In this document: positions 1 to 10,241 of the stretch, piece after piece
Layout: every line of letters starts with the position of its first letter
Position numbering within the stretch: position 1 is the stretch's first letter
NCBI GenBank assembly: GCA_964220165.1
Contig: CAXPTW010000024.1
Span: forward strand, 200,843-264,842
Direction of reading: 5' to 3'
Source of the DNA: Abyssibacter sp.
GTDB lineage: Bacteria; Pseudomonadota; Alphaproteobacteria; Rhodobacterales; Rhodobacteraceae
DNA: 64,000 bases
Position numbers and translations under genes: made by a program
The notes under the pieces: generated by a model
Seen by the model: only the letters and a program-made list of their open reading frames with translations
What the model was told of the DNA's origin: nothing
Database searches by the model: none

Positions 1-561
1 CACACCCTCTAGCGCCGGACGAATGCCGCCCGCCAAGGCGATGTGGTTGTCTTTGATGAGTACCGCATCGGCCAATGAGTAGCGGTGGTTCATCCCGCCA
101 CCGGCGCGCACGGCGTATTTCTCCAAGGCGCGCAGGCCGGGCGTTGTTTTTCGGGTGCAGGTGATCGCGGCTTTGGTCCCTGCGACGGCCTGAACAAGAT
201 TGGCGGTCACTGTCGCAATGCCAGACAAATGTCCGAGGAAATTCAAAGCTGTGCGCTCCGCGGTCAAAAGACTCCGCGACGGGCCTTGGAACGTGGCGAC
301 GTGAGTACCCGGCGTCACCGCATCGCCATCCTGCACACAGCGGGTAAAGACGATGGACGGATCGACGAGCTGACAGGCGATCTCGGCACAATCGAGACCG
401 GCGATCACGCCGTTGTGGCGGGAGATCGCGGTGACGGTGGAGCGGTGATCTGCAGGGATGGTTCCGATGGAGGTGATGTCACCGGCGAGGCCGAGATCTT
501 CTTCCAGCGTGCGGCGCACGATGGGTTCGATCATCAGGTGAGGCAGAGGGGCAATAGTCAC
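1..561 (-). CDS. nadC: Quinolinate phosphoribosyltransferase NadC (N-terminal ~185 aa; 3' end outside window)
   Basis: Absent from the ORF track because it runs off the window edge. My minus-strand translation from ATG 534 gives MIEPIVRRTLEEDLGLAGDITS...TRKTTPGLRALEKYAVRAGGGMNHRYSLADAVLIKDNHIALAGGI, the NadC pattern. An alternative GTG start at 561 forms a GTGA overlap with the nadB stop. It follows nadA-nadB. Confidence 0.85.
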   Translation of the reverse strand, partial: MTIAPLPHLMIEPIVRRTLEEDLGLAGDITSIGTIPADHRSTVTAISRHNGVIAGLDCAEIACQLVDPSIVFTRCVQDGDAVTPGTHVATFQGPSRSLLTAERTALNFLGHLSGIATVTANLVQAVAGTKAAITCTRKTTPGLRALEKYAVRAGGGMNHRYSLADAVLIKDNHIALAGGIRPALEGV

Positions 562-2117
562 GTCATCATCTCCGAAACAGAGGGGGTGTAGGGGGTGACC
601 AGATCGCTGGTCACGGCAAAGATGTCATCCAGGGTCATCTGACGGCGCTGGGCTTGGTCCAGTGTGTCAGGGAAGTCTTGGCGGGCATGTCCGCCCCGTG
701 ATTCCTCGCGCAGGATGGCGAAACAAGCGATCGAGAGCGCCACCAAGGCGACGTCGGATTCCGGGCCATCGGACAGGGCCAAAGGCCGCAGCTGACGGAT
801 CGCCTCAAGAAGGCCCGCACGGTTGCGAATAAGACCCAAATCCCGCGAAACAAGGCGCCGAACGGCTGTCGCGTCCACGTCCGGCAGGTTCGAATCCTCT
901 GTCTCAGACACGCTCACAGGAATGGGACGCCCCGGCACATCGCGGAGATCACGGGCGGCGCGGCGGGCCATGACGGCGGCTTCCAAGAGGGAATTGCTGG
1001 CCAAACGGTTCGCGCCGTGGAGACCGGTCGCGGCACATTCTCCGACGGCCCAAAGCCCGCTGACAGAGGTACGGCCGCGCGCGTCCGTCGCGATTCCGCC
1101 CATGTGATAATGCGCGGCGGGACGGACCGGGATCGGCGACGTCGCCGGGTCGATTCCGGCCTCACGACAGAGCGTATGGATGGTCGGAAACGTGTCGGCA
1201 AAACGTCGGCCTAACGTATGGCTCGCATCGAGGAACACGCGATGGCCTTTGTCGATCTGCGCCTGAATGGCACGGGCCACCACATCGCGTGGCGCAAGTT
1301 CGGCACCGGGTGTGTCGAGCATGAAACGCGCGCCCGCGTCATTGAAGAGCCACGCGCCCTCGCCACGCACGGCCTCACTCACGAGCGCAAGAGGGTCGCG
1401 CGGCACATCGAGGGCGGTGGGGTGAAATTGCACGAATTCCATGTCGGTCAGAACCGCACCGGCACGTGCGGCCATCATGACACCTTGGCCCATGTTGCCA
1501 CGAGGGTTCGTGGTGGCATCGAACAGCCCGCCGATCCCGCCGGTGGCAAGCACCACGCGAGAGGTGGACAGGACACCGGTCTCGGACCCGGATTGGAGCA
1601 AAAGCCCGGTCACATCCCCGTCTTTGACAAGAACGCGGCGCGCCTCGACCCCGGTCAACAGCGTGATCGAGGGTGTTTTGAGCGCGGCTTGCACCAAGGC
1701 TTCTGTGATCGCCGCGCCGGACCCGTCGCCCCCGGCATGGAGAATGCGACGACGGCTATGCGCCGCCTCAAGACCGAGCGAAAACGACCCGTCAGCTTTC
1801 CGATCAAATTTCACGCCGTATTGTTCGAGCGCGGTGATGGCCTCGGGGGCCTCGGTGAGAATCCCGTGAGAGACCTCGGCGTCACAGAGACCCGCGCCCG
1901 CCGCAAGTGTGTCGGCCAGATGCAGCTCCGGCGTGTCATCCGGCCCCACGCTGGCGGCCACGCCGCCCTGCGCCCAGAGGCTTGAGCTCTGACGCCCAAG
2001 CTCCGCACGGGTCACCAACACGACCGGTGTCGGCGCCAGTTCGAGCGCGGTCATCAGGCCGGCAAGGCCGCTCCCGACAACCGCGATACGACCGGCAAGG
2101 GGCGCGAGGCGGTGCAT
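558..2117 (-). CDS. nadB: L-aspartate oxidase
   Basis: 519-aa ORF with an N-terminal FAD fold (VVGSGLAGL) and the HYHMGGI and GANRLASNSLLE motifs of the aspartate oxidase/succinate dehydrogenase flavoprotein family. It sits between nadA and nadC with overlapping start/stop codons. Confidence 0.9.
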   Translation of the reverse strand: MHRLAPLAGRIAVVGSGLAGLMTALELAPTPVVLVTRAELGRQSSSLWAQGGVAASVGPDDTPELHLADTLAAGAGLCDAEVSHGILTEAPEAITALEQYGVKFDRKADGSFSLGLEAAHSRRRILHAGGDGSGAAITEALVQAALKTPSITLLTGVEARRVLVKDGDVTGLLLQSGSETGVLSTSRVVLATGGIGGLFDATTNPRGNMGQGVMMAARAGAVLTDMEFVQFHPTALDVPRDPLALVSEAVRGEGAWLFNDAGARFMLDTPGAELAPRDVVARAIQAQIDKGHRVFLDASHTLGRRFADTFPTIHTLCREAGIDPATSPIPVRPAAHYHMGGIATDARGRTSVSGLWAVGECAATGLHGANRLASNSLLEAAVMARRAARDLRDVPGRPIPVSVSETEDSNLPDVDATAVRRLVSRDLGLIRNRAGLLEAIRQLRPLALSDGPESDVALVALSIACFAILREESRGGHARQDFPDTLDQAQRRQMTLDDIFAVTSDLVTPYTPSVSEMMT

Positions 2118-3088
2118 CAGACCGCCAACATCCGCTCGACGGCGCGACGGGCATCGTCGGCCACAGCCGGATCAATGGTGACCTCGTGCAGGCCGGTTTC
2201 GAGCGTTTGACGGATGTTGCTCAGGCTGATCCGCTTCATGTGCGGGCAGAGGTTGCAGGGACGCACAAAGTCCACATCGGGGTGGTTCAACGCCACGTTG
2301 TCGCTCATGGAGCATTCGGTCAAAAGCAAAACGCGGGCGGGTTTCTGTTCACCGACAAAGTTGGACATGACCGCAGTGGAACCGGAGAAATCGGCCTCGG
2401 CCACCACTTCGGGCGGGCATTCCGGGTGCGCCAGAACGGTGACGCCCGGATAGGCCTCCCGCATGCTGCGGATGTCGTCAGGAGTGAAGAGTTCGTGCAC
2501 TTCGCAGTGACCTTTCCACGCGATGAGTTCCACATCGGTGTCGCGGGCCACGTTCTGGGCCAGATATTCGTCGGGCAGCATGAGCACTTTTGGCACGCCG
2601 AGGGATTCGACCACCTGTTTGGCGTTGCCGGAGGTGCAGCAGATGTCCGAGGCGGCTTTGACCGCGGCGGAGGTGTTCACATAGGTGACGACCGGCACGC
2701 CGGGGTGGGCCTGACGCAGAAGGGCGATGTCATCGGGTGTGATGGAGTCGGCCAGCGAACAGCCCGCTTTCATGTCCGGGATCAGAACGGTTTTCTCCGG
2801 GTTCAGAAGCTTGGCGGTTTCGGCCATGAAGTGCACGCCAGCCATGACGATCACGTCCGCGTCCACAGTCACCGCCTCACGGGCCAGCGCCAGACTGTCG
2901 CCAACGATGTCGGCGACGCCGTGGAAAATCTCCGGCGTTTGGTAGTTGTGGGCGAGAATCACCGCGTTTTTCTCGCGTTTGAGAGCCAGAATGGCCTCCA
3001 CGTCGTCTTCAAACAGCATCCAGTCCGGTTGGGGAATAATCCTTGCAACACGGTCATATAGCTCGGGCAGGCGCATCGTTGTCATCAT
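2117..3088 (-). CDS. nadA: Quinolinate synthase
   Basis: 323-aa ORF carrying ILAHNYQ, VHFMAET and CSMSDN-type segments typical of NadA. ATGA overlap with nadB. An AAGGAGG Shine-Dalgarno lies just upstream. Confidence 0.9.
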   Translation of the reverse strand: MMTTMRLPELYDRVARIIPQPDWMLFEDDVEAILALKREKNAVILAHNYQTPEIFHGVADIVGDSLALAREAVTVDADVIVMAGVHFMAETAKLLNPEKTVLIPDMKAGCSLADSITPDDIALLRQAHPGVPVVTYVNTSAAVKAASDICCTSGNAKQVVESLGVPKVLMLPDEYLAQNVARDTDVELIAWKGHCEVHELFTPDDIRSMREAYPGVTVLAHPECPPEVVAEADFSGSTAVMSNFVGEQKPARVLLLTECSMSDNVALNHPDVDFVRPCNLCPHMKRISLSNIRQTLETGLHEVTIDPAVADDARRAVERMLAV

Positions 3089-3096
3089 ATCCTCCT

Positions 3097-3115
3097 TGTA
3101 CTCGATCTGAGTACA
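3097..3115. promoter_or_regulatory. Perfect 7-bp inverted repeat TGTACTC-N5-GAGTACA abutting the nadA SD; candidate NrtR operator
   Basis: Read directly from the sequence as TGTACTCGATCTGAGTACA, 9 nt upstream of the nadA start, in the 96-nt nrtR-nadA spacer. A second imperfect palindrome, GTCAAGTACGTGAC, lies at 3150-3163. Confidence 0.4.
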
Positions 3116-3184
3116 TCTAGGCGATGACTTATTCTCTAAGTGAGTTTATGTCAAGTACGTGACAGCGAGAGGAGAGACGAAGGT

Positions 3185-4075
3185 CTAGTGGCGCGAGTAG
3201 GGGAGGCGCAAACCGGACAGGGCGCTGGCCTCAACAATGGCCGGACGATAGCGAAAGAGTTTCGCCGGACGCCCACCTGTTTCACTCGACATGTCGCCGG
3301 TTTCCTCGATGAGGTTCTGCTGATCGACCTGACGGCGAAAGTTCGATTTATGAAGCTTCAGCCCCGCAAGCGCCTCGGTCATGCGTTGCAGATCGAGGAG
3401 GGTAAAGCTGTCGGGCATCAATTCGAACACGACGGGGTAATATTTGATCTTGGCCCGTAGGCGGGTGATCCCGGTCGCGAGAATGCGGCGGTGATCGCTC
3501 CCCATCTGACGGCCAAACCCGGGCTCTTTTTCCAACCGGGTCTCATAGATCAATTCATAGCGCTGAAGGACGAGATCCTCGTTCCAAACCGCGCCACCAA
3601 GTCCGAACAGAAACTCAATGCGTTGACGCCGCACCTCGTTCTCCCCGGCCCAGTCCAACAACTGCGCGGTGATGGTTTCTAAGAGGGCAGGTCGGCCGTC
3701 TCGATGATCTTCCCACGGGAAATACTCATACCAGCTGCGCCATTCCGGACGCTGAGTGCCGAGCGACACCTGTTCGCGCACAAGGCCGAGGTAACCGATT
3801 GAAATTTGGCGGGTTTCCGAGCCAACCTCTTCGGTGTCGATACCACGATCCCGATCGGCAAAGGTGTAGAGCTGTTCGAGATACCCGACAGGGTGGCCGG
3901 TCTGGCTCTCGATCCAGGCGCGCAGACCACTTTGAAGGCTTCGGTGGCTGGTCTCAAACGGGCCAGAGGGCAGGGCCTCCCCGCCGCCAATGGTCATCAC
4001 GCGCGGTTCATTGTCGGTTACTGCGACAAGGACGGCGATCAATTCGGCATATGCGAGGTTTTCTGGCAAGGACAT
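3185..4075 (-). CDS. nrtR: NrtR-type Nudix-related transcriptional regulator of NAD metabolism
   Basis: 296 aa. It has an N-terminal Nudix-like fold region. The C-terminal segment FTLLDLQRMTEALAGLKLHKSNFRRQV...GGRPAKLFRY matches the NrtR winged-helix signature. It lies directly upstream of and co-directional with nadABC. Confidence 0.7.
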   Translation of the reverse strand: MSLPENLAYAELIAVLVAVTDNEPRVMTIGGGEALPSGPFETSHRSLQSGLRAWIESQTGHPVGYLEQLYTFADRDRGIDTEEVGSETRQISIGYLGLVREQVSLGTQRPEWRSWYEYFPWEDHRDGRPALLETITAQLLDWAGENEVRRQRIEFLFGLGGAVWNEDLVLQRYELIYETRLEKEPGFGRQMGSDHRRILATGITRLRAKIKYYPVVFELMPDSFTLLDLQRMTEALAGLKLHKSNFRRQVDQQNLIEETGDMSSETGGRPAKLFRYRPAIVEASALSGLRLPYSRH

Positions 4076-4300
4076 GTCCTAAGTGGTCGGTTGGCGGGTG
4101 GTGCCGTTCCCCTTTAGCGTGCCTTTGGCCTTTCCGATAGCACGAACCCGAAAAAATGAACCAACTGATCAGAAGATCGGCGCAGGGTCTTCTGGGGCGA
4201 CAGGCAGGGTCCGGTCCAAAACTCGTTCAAATTGAGCAGATTAAGCCCCTCTTCATCCCCGTTTGATAGGACTGGTGCTGGGTGAAAATGAGGTGGTGAT

Positions 4301-5146
4301 ATGAGCGGCAAGGGCAATGCCCCGATCATAATCAAAAAGAAAAAGGTCATTCAGGGCGGCGGCCATCACGGCGGCGCCTGGAAAGTGGCTTATGCGGATT
4401 TCGTGACCGCGATGATGGCGTTCTTTTTGTTGATGTGGCTGTTGAATGCGACAACGGAGAAACAGCGCAAGGGGCTGGCGGATTACTTCAATCCGACCAT
4501 CCCGGTGAACCGGATTTCCGGCGGCGGGGATGGCACATTCGGCGGGGATTCCGTGTTTACCGAAGAGACCCTGTCGCAAAATGGTACAGGGGCGTCGAAC
4601 GCCAATCCGATGGAGCAGACGAGCCCAGACGCCGGGGAAACCATGGCGCGCGACCGGGCAGAGGCGCTTGAGGCAAAGGGATTCGCGGAGGTGCAGGAGC
4701 TATTGACCGCGTTTAGCGGAGAGAGCATGGCCGCCGACGAGCTGATGCGCCACATCGTGACGCGGGTGACGGATGAGGGGCTGATCATCGAGCTGTACGA
4801 TCTTGAGGAGGAAACCCTCTTTGTCGGGCAAACGGCGGAGGCGAAAGAGGTACTGACCCGCCTGTTGGCGATGCTCTCCGAGGTGATGAAAATCGTTCGA
4901 AACGACATTGCGGTGACAGGCTATGTGAGGTCCGTGCCGGTGGTCGTGGCGGAGAATCCGGTTTGGGATTTGTCGACGCGTCGGGCAGACACGGTCCGGA
5001 AACTTCTTGAGGCCGAGGGCACGCCCGCGCAACGGATGCAGCGCGTGACGGGTTCGGCGGATCGCAAGCCGGCTGTCAATAACACCATGGCGATGCGCAA
5101 CAACCGGGTGGAAATCACGCTCTTGCGCGAGGTGCCACAGAAATAG
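4301..5146 (+). CDS. motB: Flagellar motor stator protein MotB (OmpA-like C-terminus)
   Basis: 281 aa. Carries the signature AWKVAYADFVTAMMAFFLLMWLL transmembrane plug region. The C-terminal peptidoglycan-binding-like region ends in NNRVEITL. Confidence 0.85.
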   Translation: MSGKGNAPIIIKKKKVIQGGGHHGGAWKVAYADFVTAMMAFFLLMWLLNATTEKQRKGLADYFNPTIPVNRISGGGDGTFGGDSVFTEETLSQNGTGASNANPMEQTSPDAGETMARDRAEALEAKGFAEVQELLTAFSGESMAADELMRHIVTRVTDEGLIIELYDLEEETLFVGQTAEAKEVLTRLLAMLSEVMKIVRNDIAVTGYVRSVPVVVAENPVWDLSTRRADTVRKLLEAEGTPAQRMQRVTGSADRKPAVNNTMAMRNNRVEITLLREVPQK

Positions 5147-5249
5147 GACGGAAATAGATCGCATTTTAGACGTTAGGGGCACGTTAAGGCCCTTGCTGCA
5201 TGCTGACGACGTCCCCTTTGGGTCTCAGCAGCAGAAAGGCGCTTACCCT

Positions 5250-6545
5250 ATGTCTATTTCTTCTTCGCTCAATGCGGGCGTGGCGGGTTTGTCCGCCAAT
5301 GCCACCCGTCTTGCGACCATTTCTGATAACATCGCGAACTCAGGCACCTACGGGTACAAACGCGCCGAGGCGGATTTCGAGTCCTTTGTCATCACGAACA
5401 GCAACAATTCCGGCACCTATTCGGCGGGCGGCGTGCGGGCCAGCACATCGCGATTGATCGGGGAACAGGGTGCCTTGGTCTCCACATCGAACGCGACCGA
5501 CATCGCGGTCGCCGGAAGCGGGTTTATCCCCGTTACCACTGAGGTCTCCCTCGACGGGAACATGGGGGATCAGCCCCTCATGATGACCACGACCGGGTCG
5601 TTTTACACCGACGCGGATGGAATTTTGAAAACGGATTCGGGGCTCGTTTTGCTCGGTTGGCCTGCAGAGGCCGATGGCACCATCGCCACATACCCGCGCG
5701 ATACGATGACCGGCCTCGAACCCGTCGTGATCAATTCCAACCAGACGGCGGGCGACCCGACCACGGAAATCAACCTGGGTGTGAATCTGCCCGCTGAAAA
5801 CGCGACGGAGGCCCTGCCGCTCTCGGTTGAGTACTTCGGCAACCTCGGCACTTCGGAGTCGCTCGACATCACGTTTACGCCGGACACGACGACCGACAAC
5901 ACCTGGACCATGACGATCACGGATTCCGCCTCCGGTGGTGCGATCATCGGGGAATATACCCTTTTGTTTGATGACACGCGCGCCTCGGGCGGTACGCTTG
6001 CTGCGGTGACGCCGACGGTCAACAACCCGGCGACAGCCGTCTATGATTCCACCGATGGTACCTTGGCCCTGACTGTCGATGGCGGACCGATCACGATGAC
6101 CATCGGGAAACCCGGGGACACTAATGGCCTGACCCAGCTTTCCGACAGTTTCGCGCCGACGTCTATCACCAAGGACGGGTCTCCGGTCGGCAACCTGACC
6201 TCTGTCGAGATCGACGATGGCGGGTTCATCACGGCCACCTATGACACCGGCTTTACGCGAGTCATTTACCAGATCCCACTCGTGGACGTGCCGAATTCCA
6301 ACGGCCTCACCTCGCTCGGCAACCAGACCTATCAGGTCTCGCCGGACTCTGGATCGTTCTTCCTCTGGGACGCCGGCGATGGGCCGACGGGCACGATTCA
6401 GGGCTATGCACGTGAAAGCTCGACCACAGATGTTGCAGCCGAACTGACCGATCTGATCCAGACTCAGCGGGCCTATTCGTCCAACGCGAAAGTCATCCAG
6501 ACCGTCGATGAGATGCTACAGGAGACCACGAATATCAAACGCTAA
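5250..6545 (+). CDS. flgE: Flagellar hook protein FlgE
   Basis: N-terminus MSISSSLNAGVAGLSANATRLATISDNIANSGTYGYKR and C-terminus LIQTQRAYSSNAKVIQTVDEM are conserved axial-protein termini. I chose ATG 5250 (AGAAAGG SD upstream) over the longer ORF-track start at 5193. Confidence 0.9.
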   Translation: MSISSSLNAGVAGLSANATRLATISDNIANSGTYGYKRAEADFESFVITNSNNSGTYSAGGVRASTSRLIGEQGALVSTSNATDIAVAGSGFIPVTTEVSLDGNMGDQPLMMTTTGSFYTDADGILKTDSGLVLLGWPAEADGTIATYPRDTMTGLEPVVINSNQTAGDPTTEINLGVNLPAENATEALPLSVEYFGNLGTSESLDITFTPDTTTDNTWTMTITDSASGGAIIGEYTLLFDDTRASGGTLAAVTPTVNNPATAVYDSTDGTLALTVDGGPITMTIGKPGDTNGLTQLSDSFAPTSITKDGSPVGNLTSVEIDDGGFITATYDTGFTRVIYQIPLVDVPNSNGLTSLGNQTYQVSPDSGSFFLWDAGDGPTGTIQGYARESSTTDVAAELTDLIQTQRAYSSNAKVIQTVDEMLQETTNIKR

Positions 6546-6588
6546 AATGATGCGCCGCTGATGTAGCCGTGAGGCGAGGAGGTTCACC

Positions 6589-8046
6589 ATGAGTATCTCG
6601 AATGCTCTCAACAATGCCCTGACGGGCCTGAACGCGGTATCGCGGGCGGCGGATGTGGTCGCCTCGAACATTTCGAACGCGATGACCGATGGATATGGCC
6701 GTCGGGACATTGAGCTCACGTCTCAACAAATCGGAAAAACCGGGGCCGGCGTCTCCGTGGTCGGGATCACGCGCTATTATGATCCGGTCACCACGGGCGC
6801 CAGACGCAACGCGGATGCCGAAGTGGCGCTGGAAGATACCCGCGCCCAATTTTTTGCCGCCTTCGCTGCGGCGATGGGGCGGGCGGATGATGAGGGCTCT
6901 ATCGCCGGGCGGATCACCGGACTTGAGACGGCGCTCATCGAGGCGTCGAGCCGCCCGGATTCCGAGACCCGGCTTGCGAGTGTTTTAGACGCGGCGGAAA
7001 ATCTCGCGCGTGACATCAATACCGCCTCCGACAGTGTTCAAAACATGCGCCGGGACGCGGATAAGGCCATCGGCCAAGAGGTCGATTTCCTGAATTCCGC
7101 CTTGCAACAGGTCGTCGATCTCAACGTCGCGATCCAACAACAAACGACCATGGGCTATGATGCCAACGCCCTGAAGGATCAGCGACAACAGCTCGTCGAT
7201 CAGATCGCGGAACTCATCCCCGTCAATGAGATCGAGCGCGACCACGGGATGATCGCCCTTTATACCGATGGCGGCGCGGCCCTGGTCGATTGGAAGGCAG
7301 CCACGCTTGAGTTCACGGCGACGCCAACGATCACACCGGATATGACGGTGGACAACGGGGCGTTGTCCGGTCTCACCATCAACGGACAGCCGGTGTCGAC
7401 ACTTGCGGAGCGTGGGGCCATCGCGGGGGGGAAACTCGCCGGCCTCTTTGAGGTTCGCGATGAGCTGACCCCCGCCGCGCAGGAAAATCTCGATGCCCTG
7501 GCCCGTGATCTCGTTGAGCGGTTCCAAAGCTCGGATGCCGACCCGACCTTGGCGCCCGGGGCTGCGGGCCTTTTCACCGACGGGGGCGTCGCATTTGATG
7601 CCACCAACGAGGAGGGTCTCGCCGGACGGCTGACGGTCAACGTGGCGGTCGATCCCGCTGCCGGGGGCGATTTGTGGAAATTGCGCGATGGGCTTGGCGC
7701 CACAGTTGAGGGAGACGTCGGCAATGCGTCCATCCTGACATCGCTTACCGAGGCCCTGCAGACAACGCGGGTGGCCTCCTCCGGGAGCATGACGTCGATT
7801 GAGCGCTCTGCACTTGGGTTCGCGTCCGACCTCTATTCCCTGTCTGAGACCAGCCGACTGACCGCAGAGGCCGAGCTGACCTATGCCGCCGCCCGCCAAG
7901 AATCGCTTCATTCCATCGAATTGGAGAATGGCGTCGACACGGATTACGAAATGCAGCGCCTTTTGGTGATCGAACAAACCTACGCCGCCAATGCGAAGGT
8001 GATCTCGACCATCCAGACGCTCATGGATCAGTTGATGGGGATCTAA
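6589..8046 (+). CDS. flgK: Flagellar hook-associated protein 1 FlgK
   Basis: 485 aa. The N-terminus MSISNALNNALTGLNAVSRAADVVASNISNAMTDGYGRR and C-terminus EQTYAANAKVISTIQTLMDQL match FlgK, as does its position after flgE. Confidence 0.85.
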   Translation: MSISNALNNALTGLNAVSRAADVVASNISNAMTDGYGRRDIELTSQQIGKTGAGVSVVGITRYYDPVTTGARRNADAEVALEDTRAQFFAAFAAAMGRADDEGSIAGRITGLETALIEASSRPDSETRLASVLDAAENLARDINTASDSVQNMRRDADKAIGQEVDFLNSALQQVVDLNVAIQQQTTMGYDANALKDQRQQLVDQIAELIPVNEIERDHGMIALYTDGGAALVDWKAATLEFTATPTITPDMTVDNGALSGLTINGQPVSTLAERGAIAGGKLAGLFEVRDELTPAAQENLDALARDLVERFQSSDADPTLAPGAAGLFTDGGVAFDATNEEGLAGRLTVNVAVDPAAGGDLWKLRDGLGATVEGDVGNASILTSLTEALQTTRVASSGSMTSIERSALGFASDLYSLSETSRLTAEAELTYAAARQESLHSIELENGVDTDYEMQRLLVIEQTYAANAKVISTIQTLMDQLMGI

Positions 8047-8047
8047 A

Positions 8048-9055
8048 ATGAGCACAGTTTTCTTTGGCGATATGGCGTCTTCTGCACGAAACATGCGCAT
8101 CACTACGCAGATCAAACAGAACCTGGAAACCTACAGCTACGAGGTCGCGAGCGGTCAGAAAGAAGATATGGCCAAGGCGGTGTCAGGCGATTTCGGCCCT
8201 CTGGCTTCCATCGAGCGGGCGCTGCGAACGCTCTCGTCCTATGATACGGCAATTCAGGAAGCCAATCTTTTTGCCTCCACGCTTCAGACCACCTTGGGCA
8301 CGGTGTCGGATCATATTGGGGAGCTGTCATCCACCCTTTTGACTGCGTCGACCAATGGCGATGCGACGAGCATCTCCGTCTCGGCAACGGATGCGAGAAC
8401 ACGATTTGACGCGGTGGTGTCGGCATTGAACACACGGATCGGGGATCGTTCGCTGTTGAGTGGGGCGGCGACGGCGACAACGCCGCTGATCTCGGCCGAT
8501 GACATGTTGGCGGACCTCTCAGTTGTGATCGCCTCGGCGACCACAGTTGAGGATGTCGAGACGCTGGTCGATGATTGGTTCATGTCTGTGGGCGGCGGAT
8601 ATGAGACGATTGCGTACCAAGGGTCATCGACGCCTCTGTCTGATTTTGCCTTGGGCGACGGTGAGTCCATTGGTCTCGGCATGACGGCGGAGGATGAAGA
8701 CATCCGAACCGTCCTCAAAGGTCTCGCTTTGGCATCCCTTGTCAAAGAGGGAACGTTTTCCTCGGACTTGTCGTCCCAAGCCGCGCTTTTGCGCAGCGCG
8801 GGAGAGACGCTGATGGGGTCGCAATCCGGGTTGGCCGATCTTCAGGCCCGCGTCGGGAGCGTTGAGGCGCGGATCGAGGAGGCCAACCTTTCGAACAGCG
8901 CAAAGACCTATTCCTACGAAATGGCGAAGTCCGACATCATTTCGGCGGACCCCTATGAGGCGGCCAGCCTGCTCACTCAAACCGAAACACAGTTGCAGCT
9001 TGTTTACACGCTGACCGCGCGCATGTCGCAACTCAACCTTGCGGATTACCTCTGA
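8048..9055 (+). CDS. flgL: Flagellar hook-associated protein 3 FlgL
   Basis: 335 aa, flagellin-like, immediately after flgK. The C-terminal coiled segment is ETQLQLVYTLTARMSQLNL. The assignment rests partly on position. Confidence 0.75.
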   Translation: MSTVFFGDMASSARNMRITTQIKQNLETYSYEVASGQKEDMAKAVSGDFGPLASIERALRTLSSYDTAIQEANLFASTLQTTLGTVSDHIGELSSTLLTASTNGDATSISVSATDARTRFDAVVSALNTRIGDRSLLSGAATATTPLISADDMLADLSVVIASATTVEDVETLVDDWFMSVGGGYETIAYQGSSTPLSDFALGDGESIGLGMTAEDEDIRTVLKGLALASLVKEGTFSSDLSSQAALLRSAGETLMGSQSGLADLQARVGSVEARIEEANLSNSAKTYSYEMAKSDIISADPYEAASLLTQTETQLQLVYTLTARMSQLNLADYL

Positions 9056-10158
9056 TGCTCAGACTGATTTTGACCACCCTGATGGCCTGTTGTTTCGCGG
9101 TGTCCGCCATGGCAAATTCCATTCGGATCAAGGATCTCGTTGAATTCGACGGGGTGCGCGGCAATGACCTTGTGGGTTACGGCCTTGTCGTGGGACTAAA
9201 CGGTACGGGCGACGGGTTGAGGAACGCGCCGTTCACCGAAGAGATCATGTCGAATATCCTCGAACGTCTCGGGGTCAACGTCACCGGGGAGCAATTTCGG
9301 CCCAAGAATGTCGCTGCTGTTTTCGTGACCGCAACGCTGCCGCCGTTTTCGCGGACGGGCGGGAAAATTGATGTGACCGTGTCGGCCATTGGCGATGCCA
9401 AAAGCCTCTTGGGCGGCACATTGATCATGACCCCGCTGAATGCGCCGGATGGAGAGATTTACGCGGTCGCTCAAGGCACTGTGATTGCGGGCGGCACCTC
9501 GGCAGAGGGGGATGGCGCAGCGGTCATCCAAGGCGTGCCCACCTCCGGTGTGATCCCGTCGGGCGCGCGGGTGGAGCGGGAGATCGACTTTGATTTCACC
9601 ACGTTGAAATCCGTGCGGCTTGCGCTCAGGAACCCCGATTTCACGACGGCGGAGCGGATTGAGAACGCGATCAACGGAAATTTCGGCCGGGTGGTTGCCA
9701 GGATGCTCGACGCGGGCACTGTGATCCTCGACATCAAAGCCACGCGAGAATTGTCCCCAGCGCATGCGTTGGGCCGTGTCGAAAACATTGCTGTGCAACC
9801 GGAACGAAAGGCGCGGGTGGTTGTGGATCAACGCTCCGGGACCATCGTCATGGGAGACGATGTGCGGATCTCACGCGTTGCGGTGAGCCAGGGCAATCTC
9901 ACGCTTCGGATCGAGGAGGAGCCTTTGGTGGTCCAACCCAACCCATTTTCTGACGGGGGAACCGTCGTGGTGCCCCGCACCCGTGCGGCCATCGAGGAAG
10001 AGCCGGGGATCGGCCTTGCCGAGATTGACGAGGGGACGTCGCTTTCCGAGGTCATTGCCGGTTTGAACGCGCTGGGCGTGTCCCCGCGGGATATGATCGA
10101 TATCTTGAAAAGCATCAAGGCGGCGGGCGCGCTCCATGCCGAATTCGTTGTCAGGTAA
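9055..10158 (+). CDS. flgI: Flagellar P-ring protein FlgI
   Basis: 367 aa with a signal peptide, then RIKDLVEFDGVRGNDLVGYGLVVGLNGTGD and a C-terminal ...ILKSIKAAGALHAEFVV, both hallmark FlgI segments. Confidence 0.9.
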   Translation: MLRLILTTLMACCFAVSAMANSIRIKDLVEFDGVRGNDLVGYGLVVGLNGTGDGLRNAPFTEEIMSNILERLGVNVTGEQFRPKNVAAVFVTATLPPFSRTGGKIDVTVSAIGDAKSLLGGTLIMTPLNAPDGEIYAVAQGTVIAGGTSAEGDGAAVIQGVPTSGVIPSGARVEREIDFDFTTLKSVRLALRNPDFTTAERIENAINGNFGRVVARMLDAGTVILDIKATRELSPAHALGRVENIAVQPERKARVVVDQRSGTIVMGDDVRISRVAVSQGNLTLRIEEEPLVVQPNPFSDGGTVVVPRTRAAIEEEPGIGLAEIDEGTSLSEVIAGLNALGVSPRDMIDILKSIKAAGALHAEFVVR

Positions 10159-10186
10159 GTCTGAGATAAGGGCACGCGAAAAAACC

Positions 10187-10211
10187 TCAGCGCCCACTTT
10201 TGGGGCGCTGA
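10187..10211 (-). terminator. GC hairpin (TCAGCGCCC...GGGCGCTGA) between convergent flgI and fliP
   Basis: Stem of 8-9 bp. On the minus strand it is followed by a T-run (the complement of GCGAAAAAACC), so it fits an intrinsic terminator for the fliF-fliP operon. There is no T-run on the plus strand. Confidence 0.4.
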
Positions 10212-10241
10212 AGGAGGAGGCGAGGCGACGGGGGAGGTTTT

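Noticed and set aside
1218-3061. Plus-strand ORFs 1218-1985 (255 aa) and 1907-3061 (384 aa)
   Set aside because: They are antisense to nadB and nadA, which have clear family motifs. Artefacts.
5147-5249. Sigma-54 promoter (GG-N10-GC) upstream of flgE at GGGGCACGTTAAGGCCCTTGCTGCA
   Set aside because: The spacing between the GG and GC dinucleotides does not fit in any register I tried (15 or 8 nt instead of 10).
6985-8115. 376-aa minus-strand ORF
   Set aside because: It is antisense to flgK, with Arg/Gly/His-rich composition. Artefact.
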